Source of the DNA: an uncultured Bacillota bacterium
GTDB lineage: Bacteria > Bacillota > Dehalobacteriia > UBA7702
Direction of reading: 5' to 3'
Length of the DNA: 64,000 nucleotides
Assembly: GCA_934702375.1 (NCBI GenBank)
Contig: CAKUYE010000001.1
Coordinates: 11,275-75,274 of the forward strand
The notes under the pieces are model-generated. The model saw only the letters and a list, made by a program, of their open reading frames with translations. It had not been told where the DNA came from and did not search any database. The translations under genes and the position numbers were made by a program. This document shows positions 38,064-47,977 of this stretch, one piece after another; position 1 is the stretch's first letter; each line of letters opens with the position of its first letter.

Positions 38064-39302
38064 ATGAAATACGGATGTATCGGAGAAAAGCTGGGACACA
38101 GCTTTTCCAAAGAGATCCACCACTGCTTTGCAGCATATCCTTATGAATTAAAGGAAATCCCTCCAAATAACCTTGAGGCCTTTATAAAAAACCATGATTT
38201 TTCCGGTATTAACGTAACGATCCCCTATAAACAGGCCGTGATGCAATACCTGGATAAAATCAGCCCCCAGGCCTTGGATATCGGTGCAGTAAACACCATC
38301 GTACAACGGGATGGACAGCTATGGGGTTACAACACAGATTTTGATGGCATGAAAGCACTGCTTGCCCATATCGGTATAATACCAAAGAACAAAAAAGTAC
38401 TGATTCTGGGCAGCGGCGGTACATCTCACACCGCCCGAACTTTAATGAAGGATATGGGAGCAAAAGAAATCCTTATCGTCTCCCGTTCAGGGGAAAACGG
38501 CATCACCTATAAAGAAGCTACGAAACAACACCGTGATGCTCAACTCATCATCAACACCACCCCCTGCGGCATGAGCCCCAATATTTGGGATTGTCCCATT
38601 GACCTTACCAATTTTCATGCCCTGGAGGGTGTTGCCGATGCCATCTATAACCCCCTACGTCCTCGGTTGATACAACAAGCTCTGTCTTTAGGGATCCCGA
38701 CATCCGGTGGCCTCTATATGCTGGTAGCCCAGGCGGTACGCGCTGGCGAGCATTTTACCGGCACCACATTTTCGCCGGAGACCATTGATACCGTTTATAC
38801 GAAAATCAAAACCGCCAAGGAAAATATCGTGCTGACAGGAATGCCCGGAGCAGGAAAAACCACCATAGGCAAAGCCCTTGCAACAGCCCTGCACCGTCCC
38901 TTCTTCGATACCGACGAAGAAATTCAAAAACATTTTGCCAAATCACCAGCGGAAATCATTTCCGAGGAAGGCGACGAAGCTTTTCGTCAAAAGGAAACAC
39001 AGGTGATTCAAAACAGCTTGGCAGGAAAAAACGGGTGTATTATCGCCACCGGCGGCGGTTGTATATTAAAACAGGAAAATGTAGATGCACTAAAGATGAA
39101 CGGAAAAATTCTGTTTTTGGATCGTCCGCCGGAATTGCTGACCCCAACAAAAGACCGTCCCCTTTCCAGCAATCGCAAGGATCTGTTTCAACGCTATAAG
39201 GAGCGCTACCAAACCTATATAGAAACAGCAGATAAGATGATAAAAAATCAGGGGGACATGGAAAAAGCTTGTAAAGAAATCCTGGGAGAATATAAACTAT
39301 GA
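38064..39302 (+). CDS. aroE: fused shikimate dehydrogenase (N-terminal) and shikimate kinase (C-terminal)
   Basis: N-terminal half with AroE motifs (INVTIPYK, GYNTD, LGSGG); C-terminal about 160 aa with Walker A GMPGAGKTTIGKALA typical of AroK; single 412-aa ORF. Confidence 0.85.
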   Translation: MKYGCIGEKLGHSFSKEIHHCFAAYPYELKEIPPNNLEAFIKNHDFSGINVTIPYKQAVMQYLDKISPQALDIGAVNTIVQRDGQLWGYNTDFDGMKALLAHIGIIPKNKKVLILGSGGTSHTARTLMKDMGAKEILIVSRSGENGITYKEATKQHRDAQLIINTTPCGMSPNIWDCPIDLTNFHALEGVADAIYNPLRPRLIQQALSLGIPTSGGLYMLVAQAVRAGEHFTGTTFSPETIDTVYTKIKTAKENIVLTGMPGAGKTTIGKALATALHRPFFDTDEEIQKHFAKSPAEIISEEGDEAFRQKETQVIQNSLAGKNGCIIATGGGCILKQENVDALKMNGKILFLDRPPELLTPTKDRPLSSNRKDLFQRYKERYQTYIETADKMIKNQGDMEKACKEILGEYKL

Positions 39303-39733
39303 AAATTTTAGTCATTAACGGACCAAACTTAAATATGCTGGGAATTCGGGAGCCGGGCATTTATGGAAAGGAAACCTACGAGGATCTCCTCACAATGATC
39401 CGCAGCCACGGTGAAAAAAACGGCACGGAAGTTTCTTTTTACCAATCCAATCACGAAGGTGATTTGGTCGATGCCATTCAGGAGGCAAGAAACACGGCAG
39501 ATGGAATCATCATCAATCCCGGCGCTTATACCCATACCAGCATCGCTCTGCTTGACGCCGTAAAAGCAATTTCCCTGCCGGTAGTCGAAGTTCATATTTC
39601 CGACCCCGACACTAGGGAACCTTTCCGTAAAACCAGCTACATTCGTCTGGGCTGCGTTCATACCATCAAAGGAAAAGGTTTTGCCGGATACACCGAAGCC
39701 ATGGATTGGCTGGAGGCCCACTATGGAAATTAA
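39299..39733 (+). CDS. aroQ: 3-dehydroquinate dehydratase, type II
   Basis: 144 aa; MKILVINGPNLNMLGIREPGIYG start typical of type II DHQase. Confidence 0.92.
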   Translation: MKILVINGPNLNMLGIREPGIYGKETYEDLLTMIRSHGEKNGTEVSFYQSNHEGDLVDAIQEARNTADGIIINPGAYTHTSIALLDAVKAISLPVVEVHISDPDTREPFRKTSYIRLGCVHTIKGKGFAGYTEAMDWLEAHYGN

Positions 39734-40922
39734 AATCAAACCGGGGATTGCCCGAGGAAAAATTACAGCGCCGCCCTCTAAAAGTATGTCCCATCGATTG
39801 CTGATTGCCGCAGCACTGGCCCAAGGCACCAGCACCCTTCACCATATCGGCGCATCTGAGGATATCACAGCAACCATTGACTGCCTAAAGGCTTTGGGCT
39901 ATGAACCGAAGCAAAAGGGCTCTACGATACAGATTTCCGGCGGAATGCCAAAGTATACCGGCGAAACGCTTTTTTGCCGGGAAAGCGGCAGCACCCTGCG
40001 ATTCATGATTCCCCTTTGTCTGCTCACCGGTGAGAAAATCACCCTCCGAGGCAGCAAACGACTGATGGAACGCCCCCAAACCGTCTATGAGAGCCTCTGC
40101 CGCGAAAGACATTTTACCTTTTCCCAAACAGAGAATACCATTACGGTACAAGGTCGGCTCACCCCCGGAGAATACCAGTTGGATGCCGGCATAAGCAGCC
40201 AGTTCATCACCGGCATGATGTTTGCCCTTTCCACCTTTGAAACACAAAGCAAAATCTGCCTGACCGGAAATGTCGAAAGCCGCTCCTACATTGACCTTAC
40301 GATAAAAACCCTCAATGCCTTCGACATGAAAACAAGCTGGATCAGTGAAAATGAGATCCTCCTCACCGGTGAAAAAGGAACCGGCAAAGAGCTGACCGTC
40401 GAGGGAGATTACTCCAATGCCACCTTCTTTGCCGCCTTAAATTACCTGGGCGGCAGCATTGAAATCACAGGACTTGCTCCGGATTCTCTCCAAGGGGACC
40501 GAATCTATCAGGATTATTTCAAACAAATCGAAAACGGCTGTCCCACTCTTTCTCTAAAGGACTGCCCCGATCTGGGGCCGATTTTAATGACCCTGGCAGC
40601 AATGAAAAACGGCGCCGTTTTTACAGACACCGCCAGGTTGAAAATCAAAGAAAGCGACCGCGGTGCCGTTATGGCCCAAGAGCTGAAAAAAGCCGGCGTA
40701 ACCTGCCAATTAGAAGAAAACCGCATCATCGTTCCTGCAGGAGTATCGGTACCCAAAGAAGCCTTTTGCGGTCATAATGACCACCGCATCGTCATGGCTC
40801 TGGCCGTTTTGGCCACACAGCTCGGCGGAAAAATCATCGGCGCTGAAGCCGTAGCCAAAAGCTTTCCGGACTTTTTCCGGGAGCTGCAAAACTTAAACAT
40901 TGAGGTAACAAAATGCAGTTAA
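39723..40922 (+). CDS. aroA: 3-phosphoshikimate 1-carboxyvinyltransferase (EPSP synthase)
   Basis: 399 aa; PPSKSMSHRLLIAAALA N-terminal signature; overlaps aroQ and tyrA ends. Confidence 0.92.
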   Translation: MEIKIKPGIARGKITAPPSKSMSHRLLIAAALAQGTSTLHHIGASEDITATIDCLKALGYEPKQKGSTIQISGGMPKYTGETLFCRESGSTLRFMIPLCLLTGEKITLRGSKRLMERPQTVYESLCRERHFTFSQTENTITVQGRLTPGEYQLDAGISSQFITGMMFALSTFETQSKICLTGNVESRSYIDLTIKTLNAFDMKTSWISENEILLTGEKGTGKELTVEGDYSNATFFAALNYLGGSIEITGLAPDSLQGDRIYQDYFKQIENGCPTLSLKDCPDLGPILMTLAAMKNGAVFTDTARLKIKESDRGAVMAQELKKAGVTCQLEENRIIVPAGVSVPKEAFCGHNDHRIVMALAVLATQLGGKIIGAEAVAKSFPDFFRELQNLNIEVTKCS

Positions 40923-41779
40923 AAGAAACAACCCATATCTTAATCGTTGGCCTTGGCCTGTTAGGGGGCAGCTATGCAATGGCCCTCAGCAAAAAGGGTT
41001 ATCATGTGGAGGCCATCACCTTAGAGCCTCGAGACATCGAATACGGAATCACTCACAATCTCATTGAATCCGGCACCACCGAGGTTGAACCGGAAAGGAT
41101 CGCCAGAGCAAATCTGATTATCTTTGCTCTGTATCCCCACGTTTTTGAAGAATGGATCGACCGTTACGGAAATCTGATACAACCGGGTACCCTCATCACC
41201 GATGTTACCGGGGTAAAAGGGGCATTGTTGAATCGCATCCAAAGCAAGCTTCCGGATCAGGTTGAATTTATTGCCGCTCATCCCATGGCCGGTCGAGAAG
41301 TCAGCGGTGTAGAAAACAGTGACGATCGTATTTTCAAAGAAGCAAACTATATTGTGGTGCCTACGGAAAAAAACACGCCGGAAGGAATTGAAGCCTGCAA
41401 AGAGCTGGGCGCTCTTATCGGCTGCCGTCATATTTCCGTTTTAGAACCGGACAAACACGATGAAATGATCGCATTCCTATCCCAGTTGGCTCACTGTATT
41501 GCCGTATCCCTGATGTGCTGTCACGATGAACATAAATTGGTGGATTACACCGGAGACTCCTTCCGTGACCTTACCCGCATTGCGAATATCAATGACGAAA
41601 TGTGGAGCGAGCTATTTTTGGTCAACAAGGAACATTTACTGAAAGAAATGGATCTCTTTGCCGAAAACTTTTCTGCCCTCCGCAATGCGCTGGCCGGAGA
41701 AGACCAAGAAGAAATGCGCCGCATGATGCGACTTTCCACGGAACGCCGCTCATGGTTTGATAAAAAAGGAGATAATTAA
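40913..41779 (+). CDS. tyrA: prephenate dehydrogenase
   Basis: 288 aa; N-terminal Rossmann IVGLGLLGGS and TyrA dimerization domain. Confidence 0.85.
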   Translation: MQLKETTHILIVGLGLLGGSYAMALSKKGYHVEAITLEPRDIEYGITHNLIESGTTEVEPERIARANLIIFALYPHVFEEWIDRYGNLIQPGTLITDVTGVKGALLNRIQSKLPDQVEFIAAHPMAGREVSGVENSDDRIFKEANYIVVPTEKNTPEGIEACKELGALIGCRHISVLEPDKHDEMIAFLSQLAHCIAVSLMCCHDEHKLVDYTGDSFRDLTRIANINDEMWSELFLVNKEHLLKEMDLFAENFSALRNALAGEDQEEMRRMMRLSTERRSWFDKKGDN

Positions 41780-41780
41780 C

Positions 41781-42812
41781 ATGAATATGAAATTTATCAG
41801 AAAGCTGCCAATCCCCATGGACATCAAAGCCCAATATCCCGTCACAAAGGAAATGATGGCCGTAAAAAAAGAGCAGGATCAGGAATTGAAAAGGATCTTC
41901 ACCGGAGAAAGCAACCGATTTCTCTTAATCATAGGCCCTTGCTCTGCAGATAATCAGGAATCTGTCTTGGAATATGTGGGCAAGCTTCGGCGTTTACAGG
42001 AGCAGGTAGCCGATAAAATTATGATGGTCCCCCGGCTCTATACCAATAAGCCCCGTACCACCGGTATCGGCTACAAAGGGATGCTGCATCAACCGGATCC
42101 GGTAGAAAATCCAGATCTTTTAAAAGGCATTGTGGCCATTCGGGAGCTTCATATGAGAGCCTTGGCCGATTACCACTTCAGCTGTGCCGATGAGATGCTT
42201 TATCCGGACAACCATCGCTACCTTTCCGACCTTCTTTCCTATGTTGCCGTTGGCGCTCGTTCTGTGGAAAACCAACAACACCGCCTTACCGCCAGCGGTC
42301 TGGATATTCCCGTAGGAATGAAAAATCCCACCTGCGGAGATCCCTCGGTAATGATGAATTCCATCATTGCGGCTCAACATACCCAAAGCTTCATTTACCG
42401 CGGTTGGGAAGTCGTAAGTGAAGGAAATCCTCTTACGCATGGAATTCTTCGCGGCTACACCGATGAAACCGGCCGTTCCGTTCCCAATTATCACTATGAA
42501 AATATTATGGGCATTGCCGATCTTTACGAAGAATCCGGCCTTGCAAACCCGGCACTCATCATTGATACGAACCATGCAAATTCCGGGAAAAAATATATGG
42601 AACAAATCCGTATTGCAAAAGACGTTTTACATAGCCGCAAACAAAACGAAACCATTCGTCATCTGGTAAAGGGTTTGATGATCGAAAGCTATCTTATCGA
42701 CGGCTGCCAAAAGCCGGAAGAATGCGTATACGGAAAATCCATTACCGATCCCTGCCTCGGCTGGGAAAAAACCGAAAAGCTCGTTTTGGACATTGCAGAT
42801 GCTCTGGATTGA
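41781..42812 (+). CDS. 3-deoxy-7-phosphoheptulonate (DAHP) synthase, class I alpha (AroG/F/H type)
   Basis: 343 aa; family pattern including KPRT, GARS and IDTNHANS motifs; AAGGAG RBS; start at internal ATG 41781. Confidence 0.85.
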   Translation: MNMKFIRKLPIPMDIKAQYPVTKEMMAVKKEQDQELKRIFTGESNRFLLIIGPCSADNQESVLEYVGKLRRLQEQVADKIMMVPRLYTNKPRTTGIGYKGMLHQPDPVENPDLLKGIVAIRELHMRALADYHFSCADEMLYPDNHRYLSDLLSYVAVGARSVENQQHRLTASGLDIPVGMKNPTCGDPSVMMNSIIAAQHTQSFIYRGWEVVSEGNPLTHGILRGYTDETGRSVPNYHYENIMGIADLYEESGLANPALIIDTNHANSGKKYMEQIRIAKDVLHSRKQNETIRHLVKGLMIESYLIDGCQKPEECVYGKSITDPCLGWEKTEKLVLDIADALD

Positions 42813-42946
42813 CATGATCACCGCTGCATTCAAACTATTTCATACCTTCAATAAAAAAAGGCCGCTGACAAATCTTTTTGATTTGCAGCAGCCTTTTTTA
42901 CGAAGAGAAATCCACCGGATTCATGGAAAATATGGGAAATACCATT

Positions 42947-43390
42947 TTATTCTCCCTGAACGTCTACGATAATTTCTGTTTTCACCTGAGGATGCATTTT
43001 GATCTTAACTTTGTACTGACCGGCAGTTTTAATATGATCTTCCAATTCGACATTGCGTTTATCAACTTTAATGCCATTTTCAGCCAATACGGCGGCAATA
43101 TCCATATTGGTAACGGAGCCAAAAAGACGATCGCCCTCGCCGGCTTTTGCCTTTAAAACATAGGTTTTTCCTTTAATAGTCTTTGCTGCAGCCTGAGCTT
43201 CTGCCAGCTTTTCAGCAGCAGCGGCTTCCTCTTTTGCCTTATTCCGTTTCCATGCTTTCATGTTAGTATCGTTAGCTTCCAAAGCCAATTTTTTAGGGAA
43301 AAGGAAATTACGTGCATAACCGTCAGAAGCATTAACCACTTCACCTTTTTTCCCGTGGCCTTTTACATCCTGTAATAAAATTACTTTCAT
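42947..43390 (-). CDS. rplI: 50S ribosomal protein L9
   Basis: 147 aa; [32 protein letters not shown] start. Confidence 0.95.
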   Translation of the reverse strand: MKVILLQDVKGHGKKGEVVNASDGYARNFLFPKKLALEANDTNMKAWKRNKAKEEAAAAEKLAEAQAAAKTIKGKTYVLKAKAGEGDRLFGSVTNMDIAAVLAENGIKVDKRNVELEDHIKTAGQYKVKIKMHPQVKTEIIVDVQGE

Positions 43391-44400
43391 ATTTCATGAC
43401 CTCCGTCTTTATTATTTTTTCTTTTATTTGCCATTGCCCGATAATTTACCGCGGTATCGGCTGCACCAAGGAGAATAAAGAAGATGACCGATATCGAAAG
43501 GAACAGCATTGTCGTGATCCACAACAAAATCTGTACACCGCTGCCCAGCCCCACACGAAGAAAGAAATAACGAACAAGGGATATGCCGGAAACAAGTAAT
43601 ATCGGGAAATAACAATACAATATATTTTTCGCAGCAGTAATAAAAAGTTCCGAATTAAGAAAATTACCGCCAACATAAAGCATCAGAGCAACCACAAGAC
43701 CCCACAGCAACCACCAGGGCAAATGCCACTGGGAAAAAGGCGGCAAAGCGGAAATCTTATAGCCTCTTTTTTTCAAAAAGCTCTGGGCAATGATATAGTT
43801 CAATGCAGTGATTGCCATGGCGGTAATAAAGAAAAAGGAAGGTAAAATTGCTTTCATAGCTGCGATCACTTCGTTTTTCAGCATTGCCACAGACATGCCC
43901 TCAGCCACTGCCGTTTCAAGTAAACCGGCATCATCATAAGCTCGAAAAACTTCATTAAGATAGTTTTCAAAGGAGCTTAAAAGCTGATCCAAAGTAACAC
44001 CGCCAATGTTTTTTGCCAGGATAAAATAACCACCGACAATAACAAAGGCAAATAAAACTCCGGCCAAAAGCGTATAGCCGGGATTTTTGTTGTTACGCAG
44101 GGAGATACCGTAAAAAAGCCCCAGTACCGCCATAACGCAGACGGTAACAAAGCCATCGAACACGCCCATAAAACAAACGGCAAGGGCTGTAAGCACTGCA
44201 GCAGCAACAACTCCGGGAACAATGCCATCCCTTACAACGATCAGAATCACCGGCAAAGCCCAGACAAACATCACAACGGTGCCCAGAACCGGAACAAATC
44301 GGCTGCAAAACAAAAAGACAATGCCCAACAACAAATAAAGCAGGCTATCCAATATTTTATTTCGTGAAGAAGGTGATTTTTCCATTCGTACACCTCGCAC
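43387..44400 (-). CDS. YybS-family (DUF2232) polytopic membrane protein
   Basis: 337 aa, multiple TM helices; conserved position next to rplI as in Bacillus; no gdpP between. Confidence 0.6.
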   Translation of the reverse strand: MRGVRMEKSPSSRNKILDSLLYLLLGIVFLFCSRFVPVLGTVVMFVWALPVILIVVRDGIVPGVVAAAVLTALAVCFMGVFDGFVTVCVMAVLGLFYGISLRNNKNPGYTLLAGVLFAFVIVGGYFILAKNIGGVTLDQLLSSFENYLNEVFRAYDDAGLLETAVAEGMSVAMLKNEVIAAMKAILPSFFFITAMAITALNYIIAQSFLKKRGYKISALPPFSQWHLPWWLLWGLVVALMLYVGGNFLNSELFITAAKNILYCYFPILLVSGISLVRYFFLRVGLGSGVQILLWITTMLFLSISVIFFILLGAADTAVNYRAMANKRKNNKDGGHEI

Positions 44401-44499
44401 AGGAAAGGCCTCCGGGTTAAAGAAGCCTTTCTCAGGACAAAAAAAGCCCCGAAACTCGGGGCTTTTTGCAGACAGATACCGTAAAAGTATCCGTTTTCA

Positions 44500-44745
44500 T
44501 TACTCGGTAGTATAAGGCAGCAAAGCAACCTGTCTTGCTCTTTTAATAGCAGTAGTCAGGGCTCTCTGATGCTTTGCGCAGTTACCGGAAATTCTTCTGG
44601 GTAAAATTTTACCCCGTTCGCTGACATATTTTCTTAAGCGTTTTTCATCTTTATAGTCAATATGATCAATTTTGTCTACGCAGAAAGCACAAACTTTTCT
44701 TCTGACTCTGCGGCCGCCGCGAGGACGGGAAGTTCTTTCAGCCAT
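44500..44745 (-). CDS. rpsR: 30S ribosomal protein S18
   Basis: 81 aa; CAFCVDK...DYKD motif. Confidence 0.95.
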   Translation of the reverse strand: MAERTSRPRGGRRVRRKVCAFCVDKIDHIDYKDEKRLRKYVSERGKILPRRISGNCAKHQRALTTAIKRARQVALLPYTTE

Positions 44746-44762
44746 GATATGAGACTCCTTTC

Positions 44763-45167
44763 TTAAAATGGAATTTCATCCAGGGGAGTCATTTCCTCTC
44801 CCGGAAAATCGGGGGTATATCCACTGCCCCCACCGGAACTGCTGCCGTCTTTCGGAGAAAGAAATTGGACATTATCGGCAACGATTTCCGCTACCGTGCG
44901 TTTTGCACCGTCATTCCCTTCGTAGCTGCGAATCTGCAAACGACCTTCTACGCCAACCAGCTTTCCTTTGGAAAGATAGCGACCACAGGTCTCTGCCAAA
45001 CCACGCCAAACTACAACAGGAATAAAGTCCGTTTCTTTTTCACCGCGGCTATTGGGAAATCTTCTGTCTACCGCAACGGTAAAAGTTGCAACAGCAACAC
45101 CACTGCCGGTAGAACGGAGCTCCGGATCCCTGGTCAAACGACCAATTACAACGATTCTGTTCAGCAT
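44763..45167 (-). CDS. ssb: single-stranded DNA-binding protein
   Basis: OB-fold N-terminus ([15 protein letters not shown]), Gly-rich linker, acidic C-terminal DEIPF tail. Confidence 0.95.
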   Translation of the reverse strand: MLNRIVVIGRLTRDPELRSTGSGVAVATFTVAVDRRFPNSRGEKETDFIPVVVWRGLAETCGRYLSKGKLVGVEGRLQIRSYEGNDGAKRTVAEIVADNVQFLSPKDGSSSGGGSGYTPDFPGEEMTPLDEIPF

Positions 45168-45191
45168 AATCTCACCTGAATTCTTTATTGA

Positions 45192-45479
45192 TTATTCGCC
45201 TTCGCGAATAACAAGAAAACGAATTACGTTGTCGGAAATTTTGAAGTTTCTTTCCAACTCTTTGGGAAGTTCTGTATCGCCATTGAAATAGCAAAGTACA
45301 TAGTAACCTTCCCGCAATTTCTGAACTTCATAAGCAAGACGGCGTTTGCCCCACTGTTCCACCTTGGTGACTTCACCACCGTTGGTAGCGATGATAGCGG
45401 AGAATCTTTCAATCGCTGCATTGACCTGTTCTTCATCTAATTCAGGACGGAGAACATACATAGCTTCATAATTGCGCAT
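45192..45479 (-). CDS. rpsF: 30S ribosomal protein S6
   Basis: MRNYEAMYVLRPELDEE start; 95 aa. Confidence 0.93.
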   Translation of the reverse strand: MRNYEAMYVLRPELDEEQVNAAIERFSAIIATNGGEVTKVEQWGKRRLAYEVQKLREGYYVLCYFNGDTELPKELERNFKISDNVIRFLVIREGE

Positions 45480-45620
45480 CGTACACGACACCTCCTTTCG
45501 GACTTTGGCCTCCCGATATCAGGAAGCAAGGAGCTAAGCGGAACACTATCGTTCCACAATAAGCCTAATTAGTATACCATAAAACAACGATAATTGCAAG
45601 GGAAACTTACCTCAAAATAA
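45480..45620 (-). promoter_or_regulatory. rpsF promoter (TTGCAA-17-TATACT) and structured 5' leader (candidate S6:S18-binding rpsF leader element)
   Basis: Minus strand -35 TTGCAA and -10 TATACT; leader has hairpin GGAACGATAGTGTTCC and CGGGAGGCCAAAGTCCGAAAGGAGG adjacent to the RBS. Confidence 0.4.
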
Positions 45621-46577
45621 GAAAATTCTCAAAGCAAAAGCAACCATGTGCCTAAGCTTTGAGAATATAACTTCAATATAACTTCATAAGAAAAATGCGT
45701 GAACCCCCTCGCCTCTTGATCTTATCATTTGTGTTTCTAAGTTTTTTTCATCAAAGGGATCTCTTTGCCAAACAGAACCAACCTGTCCGGCAGTGTTCCC
45801 TCCCGGCAATTTTTTTTGCCTAAGGAAACCGAGACCAAAGCGATCCAGAATACTATCGCCTCTGTGCATGGCACGATTCTGTTATCGCCAGCCGCAAAAA
45901 GCGAACGTTTCCTTTTTATGCCATCCGCCGTAGACAAAAGAAAACGAGCTATTTTGCAAAATACAGAGGGGATTCACCCATTTTTCCTATAAAGTTCTCC
46001 CGAAAAGAGAGATATACAGCAGCTCAAAACAATATACCTCTCCCCGGGGCCTTACATCTAATGCACGGCAATTCCGTACAAACTGCAAACAAAAGTATTA
46101 GCGTTCCGCTTAAAAATCGCATAAAGGAAAACGTATGAGCCTCCCTAATGCCGAAAGTTATAATAAAAAAATATCAGATCCTTCAGACTCCATTGAAAGA
46201 TCGGCATATTGTCTTTGTGAGTTGCCGCGGGGATATCCCATCACAAAGAAGCATTTTTTCATTACAACTTCCAGTGTGCGTGTCCTTGGCCCGGAGAGAC
46301 TCATACCTTTTCCCTTTGTTCTGCAAAACCCTTACGGGCGGCTTTCGGCAGGAGAGAATGCCGAAAGCCATTTGATACCATAGCAATATAAAGAGAAAGG
46401 AGGTAAAGTTACAAAAGCATTATGTTGTATGCGCGGTAAAAGAGTTCCGCAGCATCTGTTTTAGAAAGAGGTGCGGCACAAGGCCGCAAAATCCAAATAG
46501 TAAAAGAGATTAAAAAGAGATAAGTAAGGTTGAAAGGAGATGCAAAAAAAGATAACAGCATCTTATTTGGCAACTTG

Positions 46578-46863
46578 TAAATAAAAGAGCCCTGCTTCTA
46601 GAAAGCAGGGCATTTTCACAACGTAATTACCATGCTTCTTGCGCGGAAGCTAAGACAATAAAAGCACAAAACTCGAAATATCCTGACTTCACATCAACGC
46701 ACAGCTTCGTCTTCCCACCAATGGCAGTGACTGACAACGTCTGAAGCATGCTCCGTTTCACAGTGGCGCGACCGTTCGGGATTCTAACCCGATTTCTTCG
46801 CAGTTCCGTGATTCATTATTTATTTACTATATTATTTATACCACAATTCCAACAAAATTTCAA
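46578..46863 (-). ncRNA. candidate unclassified small RNA of about 250 nt bounded by an extended -10 promoter and an intrinsic terminator; contains a tRNA 3'-half-like segment
   Basis: Minus strand: -35 TTGAAA (46858-46863), 17-nt spacer, TGgTATAAA -10 (46835-46840); terminator GCCCTGCTTTCTAGAAGCAGGGC then TCTTTTATTT (46578-46611); no ORF; internal GGGTTAGAATCCCGAACGGTCGCGCCA resembles a T-arm plus acceptor plus CCA. Confidence 0.4.
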
Positions 46864-46953
46864 GAGAAAGTTTGCAAAAACTCATCAAATTTTTTTCGCC
46901 AAAACTACAATAATTTGTTTTACCCATAGGCAAACGAAAAATCATTCTCTGAT

Positions 46954-47139
46954 TTATGCTTTTTCTACGGCTTTTACCCGGCGCATCACTTCGTTACGAG
47001 GCAGCATTACCACATGGCCGCAGCAGCAGCATTTTAAACGGAAATCAGCGCCGATCCGCAATACCTCCCAGGTATAGCCGCCACAGGGATGAGGTTTTTT
47101 CAAACGTAAAACGTCACCTACATTCACTTCTGTTGTCAT
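46954..47139 (-). CDS. DUF951 family small protein
   Basis: 61 aa; VGDVLRLKKPHPCGGYTWEVLRIGADFRLKCCCCGHVVMLPR matches the DUF951 Cys-rich pattern; conserved partner of mscS. Confidence 0.7.
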   Translation of the reverse strand: MTTEVNVGDVLRLKKPHPCGGYTWEVLRIGADFRLKCCCCGHVVMLPRNEVMRRVKAVEKA

Positions 47140-47140
47140 G

Positions 47141-47977
47141 TTACTTCTCCTTTGTGATCACTTCTCTTACAGGGAACGGTATTTCGATACCTTCTTTCTG
47201 TAAAGCCTGTAAAATATTGGTTTTCAAATCTCGACTGATCTGCCATTTTTCCATTGGCAGCACATAGGCAAACAAACAAAGGGTCACACCGCTCTCACCG
47301 ATGGCATCCACCCCGTTTACTGTAGGTGCAGCAGAAAAAAGATCCTTGTGTTCGTTGTAATATGCCTTTGCCGTTCGACGGATCACCGCTTCGGCTTTGG
47401 AAATATCGCTGTCAAAGGAAACTTCAAAAACCTCCTTGATCCGGAAGTATCCCCGGCAGAAATTCACCACATCGGTGATGGTACCGTTGGGAACGATGAT
47501 CAATTCTCCATTATCGCCCCGAAGCCGCGTGGCACGTAAGCCAACCAACTCTACAACGCCGGTAAAACACTGATTGATGGTCACATACTCCCCAACGCCG
47601 TATTGATCTTCAAATATAATAAAAAAGCCGGCAAAAACATCTTTGATCAGGGATTGGGCACCAAAGCTCACTGCCAGACCAATAACCCCCGCGGCGGCCA
47701 TGATGGAAACAACGTTAATGCCGAGTCGGGAAAGGATCATCACCAAGGCCAAAAACGCAATCACATAGCGCACAACACTTTTCAGTACACGTTTCAGTGT
47801 GACCTGACGGTTGTTTTCTCCAATCTCCACCGTTGTTTTAAGAGCCTTATCAACGATATGAACGAAGATTTTATTTATAAGAAAGGCTAAGATCAGAATG
47901 ACCAAAACCCCTATCAACTTCACCAAAAGTCCATTGCCTTCGTACCACTGAATAAGGATATCCTGAATTTCAGTCAC
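47141..47977 (-). CDS. mscS: small-conductance mechanosensitive channel
   Basis: 278 aa; three N-terminal TM helices, then the MscS beta domain. Confidence 0.85.
   Translation of the reverse strand: MTEIQDILIQWYEGNGLLVKLIGVLVILILAFLINKIFVHIVDKALKTTVEIGENNRQVTLKRVLKSVVRYVIAFLALVMILSRLGINVVSIMAAAGVIGLAVSFGAQSLIKDVFAGFFIIFEDQYGVGEYVTINQCFTGVVELVGLRATRLRGDNGELIIVPNGTITDVVNFCRGYFRIKEVFEVSFDSDISKAEAVIRRTAKAYYNEHKDLFSAAPTVNGVDAIGESGVTLCLFAYVLPMEKWQISRDLKTNILQALQKEGIEIPFPVREVITKEK

Noticed and set aside
46578-46863. Identification of the candidate sRNA as SRP RNA, 6S RNA, tmRNA or RNase P RNA
   Set aside because: It lacks the SRP helix-8 GGAAGGAAGCAGC motif, has no tmRNA 5' GGGG…/3' …ACCA pairing with a tag ORF, and has no RNase P P4 sequences (AGGAAAGTCC / ACAGAACCCGGCTTA). 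6S cannot be judged by eye. Left unclassified.
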